DNA from: Macrostomum lignano
Lineage: Eukaryota
Length of the DNA: 64,000 bases
Direction: 5' to 3'
NCBI GenBank assembly: GCA_002269645.1
Contig: NIVC01001449.1
Location: forward strand, 1-64,000
Shown piece after piece: positions 12,803 to 25,249 of this stretch; the first letter of the stretch is position 1; the number at the start of each line of letters is the position of its first letter. The translations under genes and the position numbers were made by a program. Under the pieces are notes generated by a model. It saw only the letters and a program-made list of their open reading frames with translations, made no database searches and was not told the DNA's origin.

Positions 12803-13354
12803 GTGTCCTGCGACCTGCTGCTGGATCTAATCGACGCTCTGGCCCCGCTAGACGAAGAATTCGAGCCCATGGCCCTGCAGTACGTGGCCGTGCAGCTCTG
12901 CCAGCTGCGCGAGTCCGCACGGCCCCTCGACACCAAGTCCGCCGTCGCCGCCTCGCCTGCTGTTGCAGCGGCGACCGCCGCCTCTGCTGCCGCCGCGTCG
13001 GTCAGCGGCGACGACAAGCTGACGCCATCGGTTGCCGACGCGTCGGTCCCAGGCTCCAGCGTCAACGATGAAGACGATATTAGCGTCGGCGGCGTGAGCA
13101 AAGACGCCGAGAGCTGCCGTCAGCTTGACCGGGTGCTTCAACGGCTCTGCTCTCGGCTGCTGGCCCCGCGCGCGGCCAAGCAGCCTCTGCCCGCGGCGCT
13201 GCTCGCCCGCTGCTCTCGGCACCTGCCGGCAGAGGAGCACCCGGCTGCTGCCGCGGCACCGGCGGGTTTGACCTCGCCGACAACTCCCAGCGTTGGGAGC
13301 GGCGGCGGCTCCACGCCGTTCTTTAATCGGGCCCGCGGCGGAGGCGGGCTGTGA
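12803..13354 (+). CDS. Second visible (probably terminal) exon of the same unidentified gene (VSCDLLLDLIDALAPLDEEFEPMALQYVAVQLCQLR...GGGGL*)
   Basis: Acceptor 'cccgtcttccag|GTG' at 12802/12803, in phase 0; GC-rich codon usage; TGA at 13352-13354. A cryptic donor before the stop cannot be excluded. Confidence 0.65.
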   Translation: MSCDLLLDLIDALAPLDEEFEPMALQYVAVQLCQLRESARPLDTKSAVAASPAVAAATAASAAAASVSGDDKLTPSVADASVPGSSVNDEDDISVGGVSKDAESCRQLDRVLQRLCSRLLAPRAAKQPLPAALLARCSRHLPAEEHPAAAAAPAGLTSPTTPSVGSGGGSTPFFNRARGGGGL

Positions 13355-13390
13355 TCGCCCCGAACTCTAATGGACATTTGTCTGTATCAC

Positions 13391-14016
13391 CCTCCCAGAT
13401 CCCCAGTTGCTGGGCCAGGTTCCCAGATCCCCAGTTGCTGGGCCAGGTTCCCAGATCCCCAGTTGCTGGGCCAGGTTCCCAGATCCCCAGTTGCTGGGCC
13501 AGGTTCCCAGATCCCCAGTTGCTGGGCCAGGTTCCCAGATCCCCAGTTGCTGGGCCAGGTTCCCAGATCCCCAGTTGCTGGGCCAGGTTCCCAGATCCCC
13601 AGTTGCTGGGCTAGGTTCCCAGATCCCCAGTTGCTGGGCCAGGTTCCCAGATCCCCAGTTGCTGGGCCAGGTTCCCAGATCCTCAGTTGCTGGGCAGCCA
13701 GCCTCCCAGATCCCCAGTTGCTGGGCCAGGTTCCCAGATCCCCAGTTGCTGGGCCAGGTTCCCAGATCCCCAGTTGCTGGGCCAGGTTCCCAGATCCCCA
13801 GTTGCTGGGCAGCCAGCCTCCCAGATCCCCAGTTGCTGGGCCAGGTTCCCAGATCCTCAGTTGCTGGGCAGCCAGCCTCCCAGATCCTCAGTTGCTGGGC
13901 AGCCAGCCTCCCAGATCCTCAGTTGCTGGGCAGCCAGCCTCCCAGATCCTCAGTTGCTGGGCAGCCAGCCTCCCAGATCCCCAGTTGCTGGGCAGCCAGC
14001 CTCCCAGCTCCTCAGT
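13391..14016. repeat. Minisatellite, 28-bp unit CCCAGATCCCCAGTTGCTGGGCCAGGTT, drifting to a 31-bp variant
   Basis: About 20 tandem copies. Confidence 0.95.
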
Positions 14017-14614
14017 TTCAGTCAATTTCGAGCAACTATCCTGCAACATTCTGCACACCCGAGTCGCATTATTGTACAGTACAAACGCCTGACTCGTCCC
14101 ACATTTTTGCCTTTCAAAATAAACTCGCATGCTCTGCTTGGCCATCTGCAATACTCTCGCGGGCTGCTAGTTAAGTGTAACTCGATAATCGCCACAATGC
14201 TCTATTTGACTGCCTACTTTAATAAGCACTCTTAAATCTCATGACGGCTAATCTGCCGCCTGTTGCTAAGCCGCTGCTGGGGCATTTTTAAGCCCCCCAT
14301 CCTTAGGAGAGTTGAGGCAGATTAGTCGATGAAGCTTTGACTTTGACAGCTTCGCTTGAGCAAATCCCGCGTCTTAAGGACGAGTCTCTTTCCAATGGGT
14401 TTACACAAGAACTAATTTCGTACCTGTCTGATTTGCCTGGGAAGATCGGCTTTCTATGAGCATATTACTGTAAATTGGTTTTTAAGCAAAAAAGTTGCTT
14501 TGAAAAGCAGCTTGGATGCCTGAACCACATTGAACACAACTAGAAGAGAACTTGTCGGATTTGTCGCTGCCGCAGCTGCACTTGTAATGGAGCCGATGCA
14601 CTTTGCGAGTAGGG

Positions 14615-15143
14615 CTCCCAGATCTTCACTAGCTGGGCCAGCCTCCCAGATCCCCAGTTGCAGGGCCAGCCTCCCAGACCCTCAGTTGCTGGGCCAGCCT
14701 CCCAGATCCCCAGTTGCAGGGCCAGCCTCCCAGACCCTCAGTTGCTGGGCCAGCCTCCCAGACCCTCAGTTGCTGGGCCAGCCTCCCAGATCCTCAGTTG
14801 CTGGGCAGCCAGCCTCCCAGATCCCCAGTTGCAGGGCCAGCCTCCCAGACCCTCAGTTGCTGGGCCAGCCTCCCAGATCCTCAGTTGCTGGGCCAGCCTC
14901 CCAGACCCTCAGTTGCTGGGCCAGCCTCCCAGATCCTCAGTTGCTGAGCCAGCCTCCCAGATCCTCAGTTGCTGGGCAGCCAGCCTCCCAGATCCCCAGT
15001 TGCAGGGCCAGCCTCCCAGACCCTCAGTTGCTGGGCCAGCCTCCCAGACCCTCAGTTGCTGGGCCAGCCTCCCAGATCCTCAGTTGCTGGGCCAGCCTCC
15101 CAGATCCTCAGTTGCTGGGCCAGCCTCCCAGATCCTGAGTTGC
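14615..15143. repeat. Minisatellite, ~28-bp unit CCCAGATCCTCAGTTGCTGGGCCAGCCT, related to the 13391-14016 array
   Basis: Tandem copies share the CCCAG-TTG-CTGGG core. Confidence 0.95.
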
Positions 15144-15424
15144 CGGACATGTTCTATCTAAGGACTTCAGAAGACTCTCGCCCGAGGTCATGAAGACGGA
15201 GTTTTATTCATCGCACTCGTACATTCCAGCTTGGGTACTCGAATCTGTGACTTTCCCGAAATGATGAAGTATCTGCCCAGCCCCTGTGAGTGTGGCGGGG
15301 AGCCGCATCCTGAGCAGCGGTGCTCTGCTCCAACCCCGGCCCAGCGAATAGCTATCGAGCTCGGCTCCCTCACGTGTTTCTCCTGTCACAGGTACAGTGA
15401 CGGCAGGTTATAAATTTAATCAAG

Positions 15425-16903
15425 ATGCACAGCCTTACCAGCCCACTGAAGCCAGAAACTGAGAATTGGGCTCCCGAATTCCCCGATCCAATGCCTCTCG
15501 CCGGGCCCGTCCAGTGGTTCATCGTTGTCGACAACGATTCCGATGCAGAGTCCATCGACTTGTACGGCTCCGGCTGCTCAAATTTGAGCAATCCGCGCGC
15601 GCTGAGTAGCCGGGACATCGCCCGCCACCTGGCTCTGCCCGCTATCGCCGCGGTCAATGTCGCCATCAACCTGTGGGGCCTGGCGCTCTGCCACCAGCAG
15701 CTGACTGCCCGGCAACGGTCCGGCGCTGGCCTGACCCGCTGGCGAAGCAGCGGCCGCAGTCTCCAAGAAGGCGTCCGGATCAACCTACGACTGCTGCTCC
15801 GCCTTGCTCTCGCCGAAGTCGGCTTCAACACCGCCGTGCTGGTGCACTTCCTTGTGTTCTTCGTGTGCGGCACCTGCGGAGTCCGCATCGGCACGGTGGG
15901 CCTCGCCCGCCTGCTGGCCTTCCTGATGAGCTTCAGCGCGCCGCTCATGGTCGGCTTCCAGTGCGTCCGCAACTGGTCGGTGGTGTGCATCGCCCTGCTA
16001 CGCGTCACCGCTGTTGTCTCGCCGCACCGTTACTACCCGCTGTGGAGCCGGCGGATCGACTGGCCCGTCTACCCGCTAGCCGCGCTGCTGCTGTTCGTCA
16101 TCGGCCTGCCCAGGGGCTTCGAGTTCATCTACCTGTTCTGCAGCGACACCGGCCAGTTCGTGGAACAGGTGCCGTCCGAGCTGATTCGGAACACCGCCTA
16201 TTCCATCGGCTACCTGCTGGTGCTGCTGTTCGCCCTGCAGTCAGGCGGCCCCATCATCCTGGTCTCCGTCTCCTCCCTGCTCATCTCCGTCGCCGTCGTC
16301 CGGCCGCCCAACGGGCGTCGCCGACTTTGCCGCTCGGCGCTGTCGAACGCGCAGATCAACCGGACGGTGATCGCCCTGTCGCTGGTGTTCTTCCTGTTCG
16401 AGTTCCCCACCTTCCTGTCCAAGCTGGACGCTGTGCTGAACTTCCTGGATCCGGAGGGCCAGCTCAGCAACCTGCTGCTGGTGTCGGCCAACCTGATGAC
16501 CGCCCTGGACTCTTCGATGAACTTCCTAGTGTACATCATGGCCAACCGGAGCCTGCAGGCCAAGCTGAGGCAGAGATTCGCCTGCTGCCGCCGCGGCCAG
16601 AGGTCGGAGACTACAGACGAAGGCGGCGGCCTGCCGATGCGCCGGCTCCGACATCTTGACAACCGCGGCGACTGCGATCGCGGCGTTGGAGGCGGCGGCA
16701 GCGCCAGCGACAGCGAAGAAGAGTGCTGCGACAAAAAAACCACTGGATCTTCAGAGACGGCGACGGCCACGACTACGACTGCCACGGTGATGACTGCGAG
16801 CTGCAGCGGCCGAGGTGCGACCTCGCTGGGGCACAGCGACAGCCCGGAGGTGGACAACGGTCAGCGACTGGGCGAACTGACTGAGCAGACCACCAGCTGT
16901 TGA
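15425..16903 (+). CDS. Intronless class A (rhodopsin-like) GPCR, 492 aa, FMRFamide-receptor-like / flatworm orphan type
   Basis: Seven hydrophobic segments; TM1 GN-equivalent 'AINLWG'; TM3 'RNWSVVCIALLRVTAVVSP'; TM6 'VFFLFEFPT'; TM7 'ALDSSMNFLVY'; N-terminal N-glycosylation sequon (NLS); Ser/Thr-rich C-tail. Confidence 0.88.
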   Translation: MHSLTSPLKPETENWAPEFPDPMPLAGPVQWFIVVDNDSDAESIDLYGSGCSNLSNPRALSSRDIARHLALPAIAAVNVAINLWGLALCHQQLTARQRSGAGLTRWRSSGRSLQEGVRINLRLLLRLALAEVGFNTAVLVHFLVFFVCGTCGVRIGTVGLARLLAFLMSFSAPLMVGFQCVRNWSVVCIALLRVTAVVSPHRYYPLWSRRIDWPVYPLAALLLFVIGLPRGFEFIYLFCSDTGQFVEQVPSELIRNTAYSIGYLLVLLFALQSGGPIILVSVSSLLISVAVVRPPNGRRRLCRSALSNAQINRTVIALSLVFFLFEFPTFLSKLDAVLNFLDPEGQLSNLLLVSANLMTALDSSMNFLVYIMANRSLQAKLRQRFACCRRGQRSETTDEGGGLPMRRLRHLDNRGDCDRGVGGGGSASDSEEECCDKKTTGSSETATATTTTATVMTASCSGRGATSLGHSDSPEVDNGQRLGELTEQTTSC

Positions 16904-17644
16904 CTTTAGAGCACGGATGAGAAACTTTGGCTGTTGTCTGTGTGTACAATGTACAAGTTGCATGGAATTTTGTCGACGGGGCTGGCAAATGGGTATTTTT
17001 GTTACACCGACGTTTGGCCCGACGTGCAACTTTATCACCCGTCGACGTAATGCAACCATTCCAGCCATTCCATTCCCGAGTTTATCGACGTCGGGCCACT
17101 TCGGCGAACTCTGGGAAGATGCACGGGTACAATACGTTCAATTTTATCCCCCTTGTTTCCCAGAGTTTCCCACCTGTTAAATAAAAAACTAAGTGGTTTA
17201 TGTGTTCTTTGCCTTGATAAGGTACCAAGATGTCAATTGGACTATGGTGAGTTTGTTTTTGGCAATTTCATAATTGAGTCGAAGTCGGTTATGAAATGAA
17301 AGTTAAGTGGCCGTGCGATATTTGTTTTATTCTTTCTGCGTCAAATTTCCGGGCGCTCGTTCTCCGGATTTTTCACTTTTTAACCAGTATTGATATTTCA
17401 TTTCATGTTTTTGTTAGCAATTTGTCGGTTATTTTACTATCAGCAACTAAGTTAAAACTGAAGCTGTGTTTTTGTTTTTGTCTAAATGAAATCGTTTAAT
17501 AACCCAAAACGTACTTTTTTTGTTTTATTTCTCGAAAAAATCGTTAAATTATTAATAGCTTTTAGCTTACTGTAAGATTTCTACAAACTGTTCCTCATGT
17601 AAGACGCAAACACAGCTTCAAAGGCTCACTTTGTAGGAGGGAGG

Positions 17645-17870
17645 GCTGTTAAACAGAGGCTCTCTACGTATTAGACGGTCTATTAAATGACGTTCTCTAC
17701 GGGTTAGAAAACGGCCTGTTTATTGGGGCCCTCTACGTGTTGAATTGATTCGTATAAAAACTTGTTAAATGAGGTTTTCTACGTTTTAGACAACCTGTTT
17801 ACAAAGAGCTCTTATACGTGTTGAATCGAGTTGTAGAACCCCTGTTAAATGGGGTTCTCTACGTGTTAGT
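17645..17870. repeat. Degenerate ~35-40-bp tandem repeat with CTCTACGT core (about 6 copies)
   Basis: Recurrent 'ctgttaaat...ctctacgtgtt' motifs. Confidence 0.6.
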
Positions 17871-18992
17871 CAAAGAAAATCGGCTGCAATAGATCGGCAG
17901 ATACAATTTAAATACAGTGTGTACTGAAAAAATGCGTTGTGCTCGCTCACGTGTGTGAGATGCAGTTGCAGTAGCCACATTGCAATATTGGTCACAGAAA
18001 TTGTCTGTCTCGCGCTGAAATTTTACTCTGGGGAAGGCAATTAATTAGCCTTTTAGAGAATTCAAAGAAGTAAATTTTTAAATGTCAATGCCTCCTGCAA
18101 CCTCAGAGGTAAGCTGTTTGAGTGTGCGCGCGCGTGTTTGACTGCCTTTCCACAGACCTGTCTCTTGCCCTGTTTGCTCACTCATTTTCCATCTTCCAAT
18201 TCATTCAATTAAGACTGCAATCCGATCCGCAAGCATGGCGGCCCCGGCTGTCAAATGCACTGCCATCAGAGGCCGCCGCCTCCGCTAGCCCGAAAATTTT
18301 TGTCCAGTTTGAAAAAAACAACATTCGCTCGATTCGGATCTCAAAGGAAATTTTGATGGCGTTTCGCTCCTAGCTCGTACCATATTAGGTAATTATAGCT
18401 AAATCCCAAGAGACGGCGGACTCGGAGTCAATTAATCCCCTCCCTTCGTAACGCCTGCATAACTGCTGGCATTTCCGCTCATCAAGCGTCGCCATGGGAA
18501 GGCAACCATTGCATGCTGATGCGCTGTCACGCGACACCAAAATCGGCAAGAGGAAAAAATTTCTGATTGAATGATGAAATAATAAAGAGCGCTTGTCTTC
18601 CGAGCGGGTTCTCGACTTCCAGTGGGGCCGATTGGGTGTAAGTGAGGTAGGTGTTGGAAATGACAAGCTAAGGCGAGCAATTGCTATGAGACGAGAAAAC
18701 GATAGCTCTGAGCCAATGCTCCGTGCGAAACTATTTATTATCAACGATAAAGCACGAACCCGCGACAACCCCCCCAACCCAGGACTAAAACTCACCGCAC
18801 TGCACGTCAGAGCACGATGACAATAATAATTTGATACGTACACTCAGACTGAACAAAAGTACAAGCACCAGTGAAATAAGCAATCAAATAATAAACAGTG
18901 CGAAGCCCCGCCCAAGCCTAACACTGCTCCCCACAAAAAGCAAACAAAATTCAAAGACAGTCACTTGAAATCCCCACAGTCAATTTCACTCA

Positions 18993-20801
18993 TCAGTCCT
19001 TGTAGCAAACAGGCTGCCGAGGGCGAAACTCGTACGGCTCCCGGTGGCAAATGTTCCCGGGCTCCTGGCGCTCCAGGTCGAGCCGCGGGTCGTCTTCCAC
19101 GGCAACCACCGGGTCAGTCAGCGCACCATCGGGTTCAGGTGTCTCAAGCCGCTTAGGAGAGTCCGGCCGGCCGGTCCACTGATTTGAGTGCGCCAGCAGC
19201 AGGCCACCGCCAGGCTGATTGGCCGGAGTGACAAGCGCCGTGTTCAGGCCGTGCTGCACCACGAATTTGGCTGGCACCGGAGGAGTTCCAGGTCGCATCC
19301 TCAGCCAGATTGGATCGCCAGCTTGCTCCGTCATTGTCAGCGGGTGTCGAAGCCGACGGCCCCACATGAGGATGTCTGGAGAGGCTGCGCGATTGCCGCT
19401 TGGCCGGCTGGTCCTTATCGTCAGCAACAGCTTTTGCAGAAAATGGTCGAACGGCACCACCTTAGTCCACGCTCTGAGACCATCCTTAATGATTCGCACC
19501 AGTCTCTCAGCTTGACCATTCGAGGCGGGATGATACGGCGGGGTGTGCAGTTCACGACAACCAATGCTGCGCAGCCACTGCGAGACCTTCTCCGACTTAA
19601 ACTCCGGCGCATTGTCCGACACCAGCGTTTGAGGCACTCCATTCCTCGCAAAAACCGCTCTTAGAACACGCAGTACACTTTCTGCAGATCGATCAGGCAC
19701 CTGAATCGCCTCAGGCCACCCTGAATAGGAGTCGGACAACAGCAGGAGCAGCCCAACACCAGAGATCTCACAGTGGTCCATGTGAACTCGCGCCCATGGC
19801 TCACTCTCGGCTGGCCAGATGTCGATTTTCCGCTGAAGCACCGGTCGAGTTTCTGAGCACTGCGGACAGCGCTCCACAAAAGTCCGCACCTCGCGTTCCA
19901 GGCCAGGCCACCAGAATTCCTTGGAGATGTGCGCCTTGGTGTTGTCAGCACTCGGGTGTACTTCGTCATGGGCCGCCTCCAGGGTGCGCCTGCGGAGAAT
20001 GGGTGGCGGCACAATTCTGGTTCCATGGATCACCAGGCCATCTTCGACTGACAGAGCCTCACGACACGCCTTGTACGGTCTCTCCACCTGCGACACCTGG
20101 CCCCACCTGCCGGTTCTGATTCTCTGCCGGAGCCGTGTCAACAGCGAACACCTCCGAGTTCCTTCACGTAGCTCTTGCAAGGTCACCAGAGCCCCTTCAG
20201 TGACGACCTCAGACTCCAGCTGGTGAATTAAATCATTCTGCGCATCTTGCTCGGCAAAGCTCAAACGTGACAAAGCATCAGCATCCTTCGTTTTGGGAAG
20301 GTTTTTGCTCGGATTGAAAATATACTTTAGCGGCTCATGGTCGGTCTGGAGAGTAAACCTCTTGCCTAGCAGCATCTTGCGAGCTCTCTCCACTGCCCAA
20401 ACAATTGCAAGGGCCTCTCTCTCAATGTTCGAGTAATTTGCTTCAGACTTCGTCAGAGTACGTGACAGGTACATAACCGGATGACCTGACTGCACCAGAA
20501 CAGCACCCAATGACTGCTCACTAGCATCCACGCGGAGACAGACAGGAGAGCTGACATCAAATGGTTTCACGCACGGATTCGAACTCAGGCTCTGCTTCAC
20601 ACAGGCAAACGCGGCTTCGGCCGCAGAACTCCACTCGAACACCCGGTCCGCCCGGCGAAGTTCCTGCAAAGGCCGGCACTTCTCAGCAAAATTGGGGACC
20701 AACCGACCGTAGAACTGGGCCAGTCCCAGAAACCGCTCGAGGTCCTTCTTGTTCTTTGGAGCTTCCACATCCTGAATCCGCTGAACCATGCCAGGATCTG
20801 G
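18993..20801 (-). pseudogene. pol: Element A RT thumb-RNase H-integrase (3' part of polyprotein)
   Basis: PDPGMVQRI...FLGLAQFY; RNase H VDASEQSLGAVL and EREALAIVW; integrase HHCC (HDEVH...CPQC) and DDE (MDH, SDNAPEF, SNGQAERLV). Confidence 0.9.
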
Positions 20802-23800
20802 CTAAGCGCAGCACAGACGGCTATGCCGTAATCTAACATTCATATCCAAAACATAACATGGTGTCAGAGGAAACCGTAAAAGTGCAACTTCAATTCGAGC
20901 TCCACTAAAGCATACATATGGCTGATTCTGGAAGCCTAAAGCCGCCTGCACCATTTTCCTTTGATGAAAACAAAGCCGAGAAATGGCGAAAGTGGATCAA
21001 CGGTTTCAAACTATTCCTCACGGCGACTAAGAGAGAAAAAGAGGCCGACGAGGTCAAGACAGCAATTCTCCTCACGGCATTGGGTGAACAAGGTCGAGAT
21101 ATTTACGATACGCTAGATTTGACTGAAGGTAATTCATTCGACCAAATCGTTGCCGCATTTGAGAAATTCTGCAAGCCGCTGGACTGTGAAACATTCGATA
21201 GATACAAGTTCAGAATGCGCACACAGCAGCAATTCGAAGAATTCGATCACTATCTTGGCGAGCTGCGAACACTCATAAAACAATGCAATTTTGCAAAGCC
21301 AATGGCATCCGAAACAATCGAAAATGCAATTCTAAGAGACCAAATCGTGTATGGAGTGCACAATCCTTCGGTCAGGGAGAGGCTATTGGAACAGGACAAG
21401 CTGACGCTCGAGAAGGCAATCGCATTGTGTCGAGCATGTGAAGCATCCAAAGTGCAAGCACAGAAAATGATCGGTAAGGCGTGTGAAAACCCAAGACCAA
21501 GTGTGGACACAGTTAAAAAATGGCACCCACAGCAAAGCACCAGAGAAACCGAGTAAGAAACTCCTCCCAAGGCTCCCGCAAGGACTCGCATCAGGGCAGA
21601 ACCAGTTGCAGATACTGCGGAAAACAGCACACCTTTGGTAGTAAGCACTGTCCTGCATTTGGAAAGCTGTGTAGTAATTGTGGAAGAAAGAACCATTTTA
21701 AAGCCATGTGTCAGCAAAAGTTTCGAAATAACCCTACAAGACATGTCAGACTGGTAGATGAACATAATGACGAAAATGACGAAGACACAGGAGGCAGCTT
21801 AACAAAATCATGGGCTGTATCTTCAGTTGCTAGCTCTGACCAGATGGCTGGAAATAATGAAAATAAGACCGCTCGCACGAACAGCAAGACAATCGCGAGT
21901 GTACTGGTTGAGGATCGTCAGTTGATTTCGTTTAAAATCGACACAGGAGCCGATGTTAACATTATGTCTGCAAAAAGACTTAGGCAGATTACCAAGAAGG
22001 AATACCGAGAGGATAGAAGCACACAGTTAGTTGTGTACAACAAACAGAGGCTGACAGTTTTGGGACAAATTCAACTGCTTCTCAGACACCAGAATGAAGA
22101 AATTCAAGCAAAATTCTTTGTCATTGCTGAAGATAATATGCCATTGCTTGAGACAAATACAGCAGAGAGTCTCGGACTGATACGGATACTGCATGCTGTT
22201 CAACAGGATGTACCGGTATCGGAAGAACCACTTACAAAGGAAGTGATTTTGAAAGAATACGCCGATGTCTTTGAAGGGCTAGGTTGTCTGCCAGGAACGC
22301 ACCACATAGTTTTACAGACGAACGCTGTTCCCAGAGTTCAGGGTCCAAGAAAAGTTCCGTTTGCAGCATTGAAAGCATTAAGAGATGAGCTGCATCGCCT
22401 CAGTGAGCAAGGAATGATTTCCCAGTGTTCGCACCCCACGGAGTGGGTATCCAACGTTGTGGTTGTGTGGAAGCCTGACAGTTCTGTGCGTCTCTGTCTC
22501 GATCCGCAAAGTCTAAACGAGTTCATCATTCGAGACCGGTACCCAATTCCATCATATAATGAAATTATTAGCAAGATGACTGGCGCAAAGTTTTTTTCAA
22601 CTTTTGATGCTACAGCAGGATTTCATCAAGTAGCTTTAGATCATGAAAGCTCTCTTCTAACCGCATTTCATACACCTTTCGGAGTCTACAGGTGGAACAG
22701 ACTGCCATTCGGATTGAAGGATGCTCCAGAGGCATATCAGAGAGAAATCAGAGAAGAGATCACGAGTCATGTTGCAAACTCCGCAAACTATATTGACGAT
22801 ATAATCGTGTGGGGCAGAACAAGGAAAGAGCATGATGACTCGGTGAGGCAACTGCTACAGCAGTGCAAGGATAAGAATTTAAAGTTAAACAAGACCAAAG
22901 CTAAAATCGGACAGCGAGAGTTGAAATTCCTAGGACATATTCTAACCAGCGAAGGAGTCAAGATCGATCCGGAAAAGATACGAAGCATCAAAGACATGCC
23001 GCATCCGAAGTTACTCCCAGATATCTGAAAAAGCCGCGCAACTACAAAGATTCATCGGCAGCGCAAACTTCTTGTCGAAGTTCATACCAAATTTCTCAGC
23101 GCTTGCTTCACCTTTGCGACAGTTACTGAAAAAAGATGTAGCGTGGAACTGGGGAAAACGGCAGGAAGAAGCATTTGAAGCAATTAAGGAATCACTGTAC
23201 AAAGCTCCACTATTGGGACAATTTAACCCAGATCAGAGTGTCATTCTAAGTGTAGATGCCAGTAAAGATGGACTCGGAGCCGCATTGATGCAAGATGGAC
23301 ACGTCATTGAATACGCATCATCATCGATGACTCCTGCTCAAAAGAAATATGCTCAAATCGAAAAAGAATTCTTGGCAATAGTCTTTGGATGTCGCAGATT
23401 TCGACAATACTTATGGGGTCGGCACGTACAGGTTGAATCAGATCACAAGCCCCTGCAATTCATTATGAAAAAGCCACTGAGTGAACTATCAGCTCGACTG
23501 CAGCGACTAGCTTTGAAAATTCAAGAATTCGATCTCAATGTGACGTATGTACCCGGAAAAGAACTATACCTTGCGGATACACTAAGCCGCGCTTATCTGA
23601 AATCCGTACATTCATCCAATGATATTGATGATGACATTCAGTGCCAAATACTTGGAGTAGCTCGTGTATGCCTACCAGACAACTTGCTAAAGGACATCCA
23701 GCATCACAAATGCTGACGATTTATGTCATAAGCTAAAGGACCAGATTCGAGAGGGTTGGCCAGATGCCAAATCCCAAATAGCTGAAGAGCTGAAGCCATT

Positions 23801-25240
23801 CTGGAATATTCGGCATGAACTGATGGAGAATGACAGACTCGTATACAAGAGCAGCAAAATATTCATTCCTGATGCAATGCAAAGACAAATGCTTCAAATC
23901 CTCCATGAAAGTCATCAAGGCGTGGAAAAGACGTTGATGAAGGCTACTGAATCTGTATTTTGGCCTCGAATGCGCCATGACATTGAGCAATACATTTCTT
24001 CATGCGAAAAATGCCAAGTTACCAAGCTTTTCATCAAAAAGAATCCATGAAAATGGTTGAAATACCTGAGTATCCATTTCAAGAGTGTGGAACTGACATT
24101 TTCTATTGGAAAGGGGAAACACACATTGTCCTGGTTGACAGGTTAGGTCGATGGATCTGCACTGATAAGATCACGACAACATCAGCAGAGTGCGTCATAA
24201 AACAGCTGTCACAATATTTTACTACCTATGGTACTCCAGAAGTGATAAGATGTGACAACGGACCTCCATTTGGATCCAACAGGTTTAAAGAGTTTGCTGA
24301 ACAGAAAGGTATACGAATTAGGACATCGTCGCCAAAATATCCACAATCAAATGGCCTATCAGAAAGAGCTGTTCAGACAGTTAAAGGATTTCTAAACAAA
24401 GCAGAAGATATAAATTGTGCATTACTACACTATCGGAATACGCCAATTGAAAGAGGGCTACCGACACCGGCTGAGCTAGTGATGGGACGAAAGCTCAGAT
24501 ATCAACTGGCACTGCCCATTGAACAGCTGAAACCAAGACAAGTCTGGACAAAACGTGAACTAGAGATTTTGGCAGAGAAGAACAGTAAACAGGCATTCTA
24601 CTACAATCGCACTGCACGAGACCTACGACCGTTTAAAGAAGGAGATCAGGTGTGGATGCAAGAAGATCGAAGACAATGGATTCCTGCAGAAATCGTGAAA
24701 CCCGATGTCACTGACCCAGACAGGTCATACAAAGTTCGAACTGCTACAGGTCGTGAATTCAGACGAAATCGCAGATTTCTGGCAAAGCGCAATACAGACC
24801 GCAGAATGCAGACCATACCAGAGTATTCAAGGATTCAACTACCTAATCAGGATTCTAACAATGGAACGATTCAGACTTACAGCTCAGACGCTCATGCATC
24901 CGATACAGTACACAATTCACAGCTGGATTCTGGAAAATCTGGTGGAACAAAATACATTACACGATATGGACGTGAAGTGAAGCCAACTCAATTTTACAAG
25001 GCTACATAATTATATGCACTCAAACTGAACTAACTGACAATGCCATTTTCATTCATTCATCCATTAATGCGTATGACACTTCTTTTTGGAAAAAAGGGAT
25101 GTCGCAGACAGACCGAATTAAGTTGTCTATGACCTTAGCTTTATGTCTTTATAAGCTAAATATACGAGAGCTGCAGATACGAACTAAGCGCAGCACAGAC
25201 GGCTATGCCGTAATCTAACATTCATATCCAAAACATAACA
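20802..25240 (+). mobile_element. Nested Ty3/gypsy element B (Mag-like), with 5' LTR truncated to its last 57 bp
   Basis: 3' LTR at 25100-25240 (141 bp, TG...CA), preceded by PPT GGAAAAAAGGGA; 20802-20858 matches 25184-25240; PBS TGGTGTCAG at 20859 (tRNA-Leu-like). Confidence 0.93.
20918..25009 (+). pseudogene. gag-pol: Element B gag-pol, broken by about four frameshifts (ORFs 20918-21556, 21520-23028, 23072-23716, 23823-24050, 24002-25009)
   Basis: Knuckles CRYCGKQH...CSNCGRKNHFKAMC; protease IDTGADVN; RT YIDD; RNase H VDASKDGLGA; integrase HESHQG...CEKC, GTDIF, CDNGPPF, SNGLSERAV. Confidence 0.92.
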
Positions 25241-25249
25241 ATCCCTTCC

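Noticed and set aside
11116-15143. CRISPR arrays or repeat proteins (QIPSCWARFPDPQLLG ORFs)
   Set aside because: Contiguous minisatellites without unique spacers; a 28-bp unit yields the same peptide in all three frames
15673-16659. 328-aa alternative-frame ORF overlapping the GPCR
   Set aside because: Pro/Arg/Ala-rich off-frame product of GC-rich coding DNA
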